From sequence record SRR31156797_4962: a stretch of 33,796 nt of DNA; one strand, written 5' to 3'. Both the position numbers and the translations under genes were made by a program. Positions 17,396-25,881 of the stretch are shown here, piece after piece. The notes beneath the pieces are model-generated. The model searched no databases. It was not told the origin of the DNA and saw only the letters and a program-made list of their open reading frames with translations. How positions within the stretch are numbered: the stretch's first letter is position 1; the number at the start of each line of letters is the position of its first letter.

Positions 17396-18265
17396 ATGAG
17401 TAATAAAAGGAAGTTTACAATCAAAAAATTCATTCTAATCCTAATCTGTATCCCTTTACTTTACAGCGGATTTCATTACATCAAACTAATAACTTTTTCG
17501 GGTACAGATAATCATCCAGAACGAACTGTTATAGCGCACAGAGGTGCTGGTGGCGAAATGCCTGAGAATACGCTTGCAGCCGTAAAACAAGCAATAGAAG
17601 ATAAATCGGATTACATTGAAATAGACGTGCACGAAAGCAAGGATGGAGAAATATGTGTGATGCACGACAGAACCGTAAACAGAACCACTAATGGGAAAGG
17701 AAAAATAAAGAATTTAAGCTGGAAAGAGATTCAAAAGTTAGATGCTGGATCGTGGTTTTCACCAGAGTTTAAAAACGAAAGAGTTCCTTCCTTAGAGCAG
17801 GTTATACGTGCTATAAATGGCAAATGTAAACTACTAATAGAAATCAAAAAAGGAGATCCCTATTATCCTGATATCGAAGAAAAAGTAGTCAGAATCATTC
17901 AAAAAAATGATGCTCAAAATTGGTGTGCCGTACAAAGTTTTAATATGGATGTGATTGAGAAAATTCACAAGCTGGACTCTTCATTGGAATTGCATAAGCT
18001 GGAGATATTTGTACTGCCTTCTTTAAACTTTGCCTTTGATGGCTTGCCACATGCTTTTCGACCTAATGAGAATCCTTATATTAAAGCCTACAATGTGAAT
18101 TGTTTCTTCCTTTCTTCAAGCATTATTGAATCAATTCATTCGTACGATAAAAAAGTAAATGCCTGGACATGCGATTCTCCTTCTATTGTAAACCGAATGC
18201 TCTCGATTGGTGCCGATGGAATTATTACGAACGAACCCAGAAATACAAACAGTCTCATTAAATAA
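17396..18265 (+). CDS. Glycerophosphodiester phosphodiesterase (GDPD) with N-terminal membrane anchor
   Basis: IAHRG, PENTL, IEIDV, VMHDRTVNRTT, IEIK, QSF, WT, GADGIITN; N-terminal KKFILILICIPLLY TM helix. Confidence 0.93.
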   Translation: MSNKRKFTIKKFILILICIPLLYSGFHYIKLITFSGTDNHPERTVIAHRGAGGEMPENTLAAVKQAIEDKSDYIEIDVHESKDGEICVMHDRTVNRTTNGKGKIKNLSWKEIQKLDAGSWFSPEFKNERVPSLEQVIRAINGKCKLLIEIKKGDPYYPDIEEKVVRIIQKNDAQNWCAVQSFNMDVIEKIHKLDSSLELHKLEIFVLPSLNFAFDGLPHAFRPNENPYIKAYNVNCFFLSSSIIESIHSYDKKVNAWTCDSPSIVNRMLSIGADGIITNEPRNTNSLIK

Positions 18266-18290
18266 AAAACACATAAAGATATCTACAATA

Positions 18291-18327
18291 AAGCGCCACT
18301 CTCATTACGAAAGTGGCGCTTGGTTTT
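18291..18327. terminator. Intrinsic terminator after GDPD
   Basis: AAGCGCCACT (18291-18300) / AGTGGCGCTT (18312-18321) stem with a T-rich tail. Confidence 0.8.
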
Positions 18328-18642
18328 GGTACATCAATTATTTTATTTATGAATAGATAATCCTATCCCAAAACCATAATGAAGAATGTAGTAGTAGTAG
18401 TGAAAATTCACCTTCTTCTTCCATTAATACTGCAATTTAGTTGGTAAGAATCAACCAAAATGGCAATAACCAAATCTCTATCTACTAAATCAAATCACCA
18501 AATTGGTCGATTCCTTTCCATGTTAAGTATTAAAGTTGCAAGTAATATTCCTATTCTAATAGAGCTAATCAAAGTGACGACAGCCAATTACTATCAACCA
18601 ATCAATAGTTCCAAATGTATTGTTTCTTCAATTCTATTAATT

Positions 18643-19653
18643 TTAAGAAACAACAAGCTCAGTCTGTTTTTCAAATTTTGTCGCATACCATTTTTCCGGT
18701 GTATTTAATGGACTGATAAACGATACTGAATAATTAATTACGAAGTTGATAATTCCAAAGAATGCCACCAGGAATCCAACAAAAAAGGCAACCATTACAA
18801 TCACTACAATGAGTATCAAAGCTGATGTTCCTTCCGATTCGTGATCTCTTTTCCAAGGACCTCCGTTTACACTTACGTACTCTTTAATTGAGAATCCTGC
18901 AAAGAGGGCTGCCATTACTCCTCCAATAAATCCAAGCTTTTTCGTTTTAAAAGTCTCCAATCTCTTTTCCAAAGCATATTTCGCTGTTCTGCTCGACAGG
19001 TAATAAAATGTAATGCCAATAATATGGATTAAGGTGAAGCTTGATAGCAACATACCAATATCCATAAAACCCATAAACACTAATATTCCTATGGCACAAC
19101 CCAATATCCAGTTCGAGCCGGTGTATTGTCGTTTTGTTCTGTCGAAATAAACATTCGTGAATTCTTCAACTCGCTCTTGTATCGCAGAATCGGTAGGACA
19201 TAATCTTGTATTTATATAATTCAATCCATGTCTCATGAATCTTGCCTGCGATCCTTTAGTTATGGTTACCATTTCGTAACCATCCTCATCAGTAAATGGG
19301 GTTAGTTTTTCTTCAATTGTAACCAGAATATGTTCGGCTCTGTTGTTTCTTTCTTCATCGGTTAAACTCTCCAAAATTTTTACCTTATCCGGATTTACAT
19401 CACCCAGCATTTTTTCCTGGAAATTGGTATAAACCACCAAAGGGAACAATACAAATACGCCTAACAAATAACTACCTGCAAAAATTATTTGCATCCAATC
19501 AATTCCTTTTTCAGGAACAGCTTTATCAATTGGTTGTGCCTGTTCAACATTTGCAATTTCGGTTTGTTCTTCTGTTTGAATGAAAGTATTTGCCTGAACT
19601 GAATAAGTCCCGCAAAGAACTGCAAACAGGGCAAATAGAATTAATTTTTTCAT
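18643..19653 (-). CDS. Hypothetical multi-pass membrane protein with cleavable signal peptide
   Basis: MKKLILF...VQA signal peptide; about 5 hydrophobic segments; 336-aa ORF; family not recognised. Confidence 0.8.
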   Translation of the reverse strand: MKKLILFALFAVLCGTYSVQANTFIQTEEQTEIANVEQAQPIDKAVPEKGIDWMQIIFAGSYLLGVFVLFPLVVYTNFQEKMLGDVNPDKVKILESLTDEERNNRAEHILVTIEEKLTPFTDEDGYEMVTITKGSQARFMRHGLNYINTRLCPTDSAIQERVEEFTNVYFDRTKRQYTGSNWILGCAIGILVFMGFMDIGMLLSSFTLIHIIGITFYYLSSRTAKYALEKRLETFKTKKLGFIGGVMAALFAGFSIKEYVSVNGGPWKRDHESEGTSALILIVVIVMVAFFVGFLVAFFGIINFVINYSVSFISPLNTPEKWYATKFEKQTELVVS

Positions 19654-19760
19654 GGTTTGGGTTTTGGTTTAGTTAAAGTAAATTTCTTATTATCACATCA
19701 TTTTTTAATCGTATTAATTCTATAAAAGAATAAGAGTTATTAAGTGCTTAATTGTATTAA

Positions 19761-19785
19761 TAGCTCCAGCCTAAAGCCAGAGCTA
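19761..19785 (-). terminator. Hairpin after YccF (weak terminator or mRNA stabiliser)
   Basis: Minus strand UAGCUCUGGC-UUUAG-GCUGGAGCUA with G-U pairs, 12 nt after the stop; weak U-tail. Confidence 0.5.
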
Positions 19786-19797
19786 CTAACTATAGTT

Positions 19798-20253
19798 TTA
19801 TCCTACCATAGCATCAACCTGAGCCTTAGCTTTGCGGCTTTCAAGCTCTTTTGCTACCGAAGTGGAAACACATTTTTTATTTACAGGATTTAAATAAGTT
19901 CCTAGAGATTTGGCTAAAACCAAGGCTACAGGAATTCCAACTATGGAAACAAACAATCCAACAATTTGGAATAAAGTAATAACCGTAAGTAATAAGCCGA
20001 ATGGGAAATACAATATTCTAATAATTAGACCAAATGCTTCCCATGCTTTATTGGGTTCTGCGTTTAACTCTTTATTGTCTATCATTGAACTCGAAAAAGG
20101 CGACAAAAGAAATTTTGACAACTGAATTAATCCTAAACCAATAGGTGCGCCAATTACAGTGAGAACTAGCAATCCTCCCAACAAAAAGGTGAAAAATGCC
20201 GATACAAATCCAAAGAATGGAAAATGCCAAATAATGTTTCCTAAAAATCTCAT
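19798..20253 (-). CDS. YccF (DUF307) domain inner-membrane protein
   Basis: Duplicated motif: LGNIIW...TVIGAPIGLGLIQLSKFLLSPF and IIRILYFPFG...SIVGIPVAL. Confidence 0.85.
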   Translation of the reverse strand: MRFLGNIIWHFPFFGFVSAFFTFLLGGLLVLTVIGAPIGLGLIQLSKFLLSPFSSSMIDNKELNAEPNKAWEAFGLIIRILYFPFGLLLTVITLFQIVGLFVSIVGIPVALVLAKSLGTYLNPVNKKCVSTSVAKELESRKAKAQVDAMVG

Positions 20254-20270
20254 AGCTTAAATGTTTACAT

Positions 20271-20302
20271 CCTACTCGTAAGGCTTTTCGGTAACGCCTC
20301 GT
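20271..20302 (-). ncRNA. Candidate cis-regulatory pseudoknot RNA (DUF805-motif-like)
   Basis: Minus strand ACGAGGC-GTTACCGAAAA-GCCTT-ACGAGTAGG. Stem GAGGC/GCCTT; loop can pair with 3' GTAG/GG; 17 nt upstream of YccF ATG. Family assignment is from memory of the consensus. Confidence 0.5.
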
Positions 20303-20365
20303 TTTTTTATATGGTGTCTGAACTCCATCTTCTTTTTAGATCACATTTTGCTTAAATAGTCTATT

Positions 20366-21076
20366 TTATGAATTACTTACCATATCCAATCCCATCATCA
20401 CCAAAGCCTTTAAAATCTCGTACAGTTCGATAATGTGATCTGCGCTCATTTTAACAAAGCTTACCAGCATTGGCATTCGACCAATTACAAATGATATCAT
20501 CAGACCAAATATTAATATCTGGAAAAACAGAATGATCAGATAAGACCAAGTGACTCCGTAAACCTGAAAATCGGGTTGATGACGATGTGCCTGACGGATT
20601 CCAATTGAAAAAGAGAAACCCAATGATGCACCCAATAAACCGAAGTACACTTCCGCTCCTGAGCTAGCCAGAATGAAATAGATTGGGAAAATAAATACAG
20701 TAACAAGTGGAAAAAAATAAGGCGATAACACCGACATTATATTGTGTTTTCCCTGAAACATAAACACTCCACCCATATTAGCTTCTACATTTAAGCCTAC
20801 TGGTTTATTAAAGGTTAAAACGCCAAGTGTATTGTGTGTTAATTCATGAGATAGTATCGCCAAATATCCGTGTGCCTTTACAAAAATGGTCGTAAATAAG
20901 AATCCACCTCCTAAGGCTATCAGGAAGATTTTCTGATACAAATCGGCGAATGAAATCATCTGCACAGTGGCAATAAATTCGCGTCCAAAGGCATAAAGTA
21001 AAAGTGGTATAAGTAGCTTAAATAGTTTGGTAATCATGATGCAAAATGTTGGGTTGGGTTTTATTTTTCTATCCAA
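20366..21076 (-). CDS. M50-like intramembrane zinc metallopeptidase (M50B-type)
   Basis: HELTH zinc motif in a TM context, LSPYFFP, downstream QPD third ligand; multiple TM helices; start overlaps the M23 stop by 8 nt. Confidence 0.7.
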   Translation of the reverse strand: MDRKIKPNPTFCIMITKLFKLLIPLLLYAFGREFIATVQMISFADLYQKIFLIALGGGFLFTTIFVKAHGYLAILSHELTHNTLGVLTFNKPVGLNVEANMGGVFMFQGKHNIMSVLSPYFFPLVTVFIFPIYFILASSGAEVYFGLLGASLGFSFSIGIRQAHRHQPDFQVYGVTWSYLIILFFQILIFGLMISFVIGRMPMLVSFVKMSADHIIELYEILKALVMMGLDMVSNS

Positions 21077-22109
21077 AAAATCGTTCCGGATTCACTCGTT
21101 TTTTATTTTTTATGATTTCGTAATGCAAATGAGCCCCAGTCGATCGTCCTGTACTTCCCACCTTGCCAATTACGTCTCCTTTTTTTATTTTTTGTCCTTT
21201 TTTCACACTCACTTTCGACAGGTGACCATAAACCGTTTCGTAACCATTGCCATGTTTCACCTTAATGTAATTGCCATATCCACCATTCCATCCCGATTTT
21301 ACAACTACGCCATCGGCTGGTATGTGTATTTTTGTTCCCTTTGGGCATGCCATATCTACACCTCCATGAAAACGCCAACGATACAAGGTTGGGTGAAATC
21401 TGTTCCCAAATTTTGAACTCAATCGGTACTTGGCTAAAATGGGTTTTGTAGAAGGGATACTTCTTTTTTCAACCTCGATTAAACTGGCTTTATGATTGTC
21501 TATACTTGTGGCAGTTTTTGCGACTGGGTTGGCAATTGTACTTGTACTAGAACTTGCTGTTGGATTTCCCATTTTTGTAGGTTGCAGATCTACTTGAACA
21601 GTTTTTACTTCTTCTCTGGAAACTGCATTTACCGGATTAGACATTTTTTGGGCTTTCTCTTCTACCTGATCCGCCTGTATTTTCGGTTTTGTTTCTGCAA
21701 TTGGCTCTGCTTTTATTTCAGGAGATTTCATCGGTTCAGCAGCCGGAGAATTCTGTATTGTAATTTTTTCTACTTTACGTTTAATTTGCTCAATCTCATC
21801 ATCTAAACTTGCGCTTAAATTCACATATTTAGGTACCGAAGGTTTGGTAATAAAATCCTTATCTTTTTCCTCAACGCGTTCCGAAACAGGTGTTTCAACA
21901 TCTATTCCTAGTATTTCTTTATTCCAATCTTGTTCGTTCTTTTTAAAGGCTTCGAATTGTCGTTTGTATTCTTCTTTAAATTGTTGAAATTTCGCTTTTT
22001 CTTTTTTCTTAAAATCTTCGAACGATTCAACCTCCTGCGCTTTAATTTGAATGGTACAGAAACTTAAAATTACTAGTAAAAAGCCTGTTGTTAAGGTAAA
22101 TTTCTTCAT
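21069..22109 (-). CDS. M23-family peptidoglycan endopeptidase with N-terminal charged coiled coil
   Basis: SSKFGNRFHP...FHGGVDMA...GGYGNYIKVKH...YGHLS...STGAHLHYEI...VNP; signal peptide; N-terminal FEDFKK...FQQFKEEY...FEAFKK. Confidence 0.92.
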   Translation of the reverse strand: MKKFTLTTGFLLVILSFCTIQIKAQEVESFEDFKKKEKAKFQQFKEEYKRQFEAFKKNEQDWNKEILGIDVETPVSERVEEKDKDFITKPSVPKYVNLSASLDDEIEQIKRKVEKITIQNSPAAEPMKSPEIKAEPIAETKPKIQADQVEEKAQKMSNPVNAVSREEVKTVQVDLQPTKMGNPTASSSTSTIANPVAKTATSIDNHKASLIEVEKRSIPSTKPILAKYRLSSKFGNRFHPTLYRWRFHGGVDMACPKGTKIHIPADGVVVKSGWNGGYGNYIKVKHGNGYETVYGHLSKVSVKKGQKIKKGDVIGKVGSTGRSTGAHLHYEIIKNKKRVNPERFFG

Positions 22110-22130
22110 GATATTAAGGATTTTTATGAC

Positions 22131-23096
22131 TTACAATGTGGTTTTCATATACAATCTGTTTCCTTCTACTTTTAAGTCGGAAATTCGGAAATGCATTTTT
22201 TGATAATCAACCACCCGAAACATATTTTTAAAAATTTGATTGTACTTATCTCCTAAAGATTTTACCTCTCCTCCATCTTTAGTCATCAGTAAAAGGTTAT
22301 TCAGAATCACATCTAAATAGGCATTCCAAAACGAGTAATTTAAGGATGCTTCGATAAACCCATTCTGATAATGAATGGTATCCTGAGCCTGATAAGGCTG
22401 ATAACGAAACATTCCATTTGGAAATTTAATTTCAAACTGATTGATTTTGGAAACAATATCCTTTCCCGATTTGGTGTTGTAAGAGTAGTAATTGAGCTTT
22501 TTTATCGGATATTGATCAGGACTCTGAACATGAAATTTTATGAAATTATAACTATCCTCTCCTCTTCCTTTGGTTTCGCTTAGCAGCAAATCAGCGGTAA
22601 TTTTAATCGTATTTGTCGTATCCTTTAAAGAATCAGAACTGATGAATTTTGGTCTTTTGATCAAAACAAATACCTCCTCGAAAGGCGATGTGTAAGATTT
22701 TAAAATTTCAACTGTTTTTAAATCAATATCCGCTACCGAAACAATATTGGTTAAGCTCACAAATTTGGTATCCGCATATCTTCCTCCTTTATCTGATACA
22801 TAATTGTCAACAATGGATCGATAAGCCAATTCCTCCCTTAAACTTGCAATAGCAACAGCTCTGATTTTCGCTTGTTCCATAGCCAAATCGGTATCCAAAT
22901 AAGGATCAGAAATCCCTATACAACATTCATTTTCCAATGCATGCTCTACCAACCAATTCGGAAAACTCTGATGCTTTGATGACAGAACATCAGCAATAGA
23001 GTCTTTCTCCAAAAGACAAGAGTCTATCTCCTGTCCTTTGGTAGAAAAAACTGTTAAAATAATTAGAATCAATATCAAGAATAATCTGATATGCAT
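22131..23096 (-). CDS. Secreted hypothetical protein with LPP20-like N-terminal motif
   Basis: Signal peptide; FPNWL...IGISDP...AMEQAKIRAVAIASL resembles the LPP20 P-x-W...G...A-x-x-x-A pattern. Confidence 0.65.
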   Translation of the reverse strand: MHIRLFLILILIILTVFSTKGQEIDSCLLEKDSIADVLSSKHQSFPNWLVEHALENECCIGISDPYLDTDLAMEQAKIRAVAIASLREELAYRSIVDNYVSDKGGRYADTKFVSLTNIVSVADIDLKTVEILKSYTSPFEEVFVLIKRPKFISSDSLKDTTNTIKITADLLLSETKGRGEDSYNFIKFHVQSPDQYPIKKLNYYSYNTKSGKDIVSKINQFEIKFPNGMFRYQPYQAQDTIHYQNGFIEASLNYSFWNAYLDVILNNLLLMTKDGGEVKSLGDKYNQIFKNMFRVVDYQKMHFRISDLKVEGNRLYMKTTL

Positions 23097-23118
23097 ATCA
23101 TTAACGGAATAAAAAGGA

Positions 23119-23688
23119 TTATGAATTTCCTTTCGCCATCTCCTCTTTCAGTTCTTTTTTAAATTTCTCGTATTCAAAATCAATTTTCAATTTGTCATCT
23201 CCACTGATTCTGTCTTTCATCGAATTTACGATCTCATCACCTGCCAATTCCATAGCAACATAGCAATGAAACTTGCCTTCTTTGGTTTTCTTCATTTTCT
23301 CGCAAATGATACGTGTCCCGCTTACTACTTGCTTTACTACGATTCTTGGAAGATCCTGGAAACGTTGTTTAGCTTCTTCGTTACCATTAAAATTATGCGA
23401 TGAAGAATAGTTGTCGGTTACTCGCTCAACCTTAGCCTGAATAGCTGTTGCCAACTCGGCACGTGCATTGGTATATGCCATTTTCTTAGCGATATCCATA
23501 TTCATACTTAAACCATCAGCCGATGCTCTAAAATATTCCGCGTTGGTTCTAAAATCAGGACCTGTACAAGGCACATCAAAATCAACCTCATCTGGTTGCT
23601 GTACTTGTGCTACTTGTTGTGGTGCCGAACATGCGAACATGGCACCCATCATTACTACTGCTGCAAATTGATAAAAACGTTTTTTCAT
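23119..23688 (-). CDS. LPP20-family lipoprotein, small (copy B)
   Basis: Lipobox MFAC; FRASADG...AKKMAYTNARAELATAIQAKV; paralog of 8213..8809. Confidence 0.8.
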   Translation of the reverse strand: MKKRFYQFAAVVMMGAMFACSAPQQVAQVQQPDEVDFDVPCTGPDFRTNAEYFRASADGLSMNMDIAKKMAYTNARAELATAIQAKVERVTDNYSSSHNFNGNEEAKQRFQDLPRIVVKQVVSGTRIICEKMKKTKEGKFHCYVAMELAGDEIVNSMKDRISGDDKLKIDFEYEKFKKELKEEMAKGNS

Positions 23689-23733
23689 TATTAGTAAATT
23701 TTAAAGATTTAATTGTATTACTTATTAATTTTC

Positions 23734-25857
23734 TTACTGCTGACTGCGATAAAGCTTTTGAATTTCTTCATCTCTTAATTTTCGATTGTAAATCCTCAAA
23801 TTGTCAATTTCACCAGTGAAATACCTTTTCGATCCAGGATCATATCCGATATAAGCTCCTTCACCACTTTTTATCTTATCATTCAATTGAGTATTTTCAA
23901 CCAAAACCATTTGCCCATCAACAAACAATCTGGAACGTGATCCGTTTTGTAAAACCTCAACAGTTAAGGTGAGCATGTGCCATTGAGAATCCAGCAGCAT
24001 TTTATCCGTATCGAAACTAAACGTGTCGTAACGACCGTAATGATTTTTCTGATAGAATAACTGATTTTGAATGGTTGTTCCTAAAATGGTAGGTCCGGAT
24101 CCTTTTCGACCCAATACCGCTCCTCCCGAAGTTGTTTTCACCCATGTACTAATGGAATAGGCAGTCCATTGTTGAATAGGATGTTCAGGAATACTTAGAT
24201 AAGAATTGCCACTAAACTGAGCTGTTTTTCCTTTACCTGTCAACGTGCTTGTAACGCATAAAGGTGCATTTTCACCCTCTACCAATGCATTGTAATTGTT
24301 TATTCCAGTACTGTTTCTGCCTGTACCATCGTTAAATGTATAGTAAGCCAACAAACCCGAAGTAACAATCGTTTTTGGAGATTGAGTGCTTGTAGTTTGA
24401 CTTCGGCTAGGTTCCGTTCTGTGAATATTTGGCACCACTTCAGGTACAACTACCGATTTGTCAATGGTCATTTGCAGTTTTTTTAATTCCTGAATTAATT
24501 TTCGCTGCATTTTTTTTATGATACTCCTACTTGCCGACATGCGTGCAGTTTTTGGAGAGGTACTTTCGGGCGTCAAAGTTCGTAAATCGTTCACGCCATA
24601 GCTAAACACCGTTTCTTTGCTATAACGATTGGTAATTTGTACACTCAAAGAAGAAAAATACTCCTGCATGTTGTACATTTCACCATTTACTTTTCCGCCT
24701 TTTTTGAAATCCTCATCCAGCTCCACCACAACATCAGCAAGCGATTCGCTAGGTACAAAATTGAAATAATTGTTACTTAAAATTCTCTTTACCGATTTCA
24801 CTAAAGCGGAATTTCCATCCTGATTTTGTTTTAAATAGGCTTTAACCGTTGCACTTTCAAGACTAATGCTAATCTGCGTTTCAGGCAATGATTTTACCTG
24901 ATTTAAAATGCCATGCAACAACTTGTTTTTTCTATCGGAACAAAGCTTTTTCAGATCAGGCTTTATCAATACCAATTGTTGCTTTTGCTTGCTACTGATA
25001 TTTAGTATTTGTAAACGAGCAATTCCCGATTCATTGGTAATCAAACCATGATTCAATTCGCCCGATCCGGAAATAAATTCGGCATGTAACGGCAAATTGG
25101 CAAGTCCTTGCATTCCTCTGCTAACTCTAATCTGAATTTGATCTTTTATCGCCTGAAAGGCTTGTCCTTTTACCGACGAAGGATCAGCTTTTATCTGAAC
25201 TCCTGTAAATACATTGCTTAAACCAGCATACAATTCATTACCCAAATAAATGGTTTGACCATTTTTATGATATGGCAAATTCTTATTTAAATCATTCTGT
25301 ATCAACTTCAAGCCTTCCAAATAATTATAAATAGAAGCGGAAACTTCTCCTGAATTTCTTCCAGCATTTCCCTTCAGAAGATAATCATATGCTTTATCCT
25401 GCATGTTCTCAATTCGGATACGCTCCTTCTCCTGATAATCGTATTTATTCAACTGATAGTAAACCCAATATTCAGAATCACCTTCCCAGGATTCTACCAA
25501 TTGATAATCTTCAATTGTTCGCTTGGCTTCAATTTTAATATTTTCCTGAAAATAAGAGGATATTTTCCCATTATCATCCAAAGAATTCAATAAAGAATTA
25601 CTGGCTACTTTCACTTCTATTTCCGAAATCAAATCGCTTAAAGCCTTTTGTTTGGCAATTTTCATATAATCGGTTTCCGATTTCGAAGCAGAACCAATAC
25701 CAGTATAATACATTGTATTTATTGGTCGGCTTGTAACCCATTGAGGTCGATTTTGTGCTTTCGCTTGAACAGATCCCAATAATATCAGGCACAAAGCCAG
25801 GGAAATAATTTTCCCCGGCAAAGCACCTTTTATATTCAACACTTGAAAACTCAACAT
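23734..25857 (-). CDS. LPP20-domain protein, large (copy B), with C-terminal LamG/ConA-like domain
   Basis: SPI-type signal (QAKA-Q); RPQWV...YYTGIG...AKQKALSDLISEI...EYWVYYQL; S/T/P linker; LamG motifs GLLAYYTF, SISTWVK, QWHMLT, FTGEIDNLRIYNRKL. Confidence 0.85.
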   Translation of the reverse strand: MLSFQVLNIKGALPGKIISLALCLILLGSVQAKAQNRPQWVTSRPINTMYYTGIGSASKSETDYMKIAKQKALSDLISEIEVKVASNSLLNSLDDNGKISSYFQENIKIEAKRTIEDYQLVESWEGDSEYWVYYQLNKYDYQEKERIRIENMQDKAYDYLLKGNAGRNSGEVSASIYNYLEGLKLIQNDLNKNLPYHKNGQTIYLGNELYAGLSNVFTGVQIKADPSSVKGQAFQAIKDQIQIRVSRGMQGLANLPLHAEFISGSGELNHGLITNESGIARLQILNISSKQKQQLVLIKPDLKKLCSDRKNKLLHGILNQVKSLPETQISISLESATVKAYLKQNQDGNSALVKSVKRILSNNYFNFVPSESLADVVVELDEDFKKGGKVNGEMYNMQEYFSSLSVQITNRYSKETVFSYGVNDLRTLTPESTSPKTARMSASRSIIKKMQRKLIQELKKLQMTIDKSVVVPEVVPNIHRTEPSRSQTTSTQSPKTIVTSGLLAYYTFNDGTGRNSTGINNYNALVEGENAPLCVTSTLTGKGKTAQFSGNSYLSIPEHPIQQWTAYSISTWVKTTSGGAVLGRKGSGPTILGTTIQNQLFYQKNHYGRYDTFSFDTDKMLLDSQWHMLTLTVEVLQNGSRSRLFVDGQMVLVENTQLNDKIKSGEGAYIGYDPGSKRYFTGEIDNLRIYNRKLRDEEIQKLYRSQQ

Positions 25858-25881
25858 TGTTATTTGTTTTATGTTTTTAGC

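Noticed and set aside
18460-18708. 82-aa plus-strand ORF after the GDPD terminator
   Set aside because: It lies beyond the terminator, overlaps the convergent gene and has no recognisable features.
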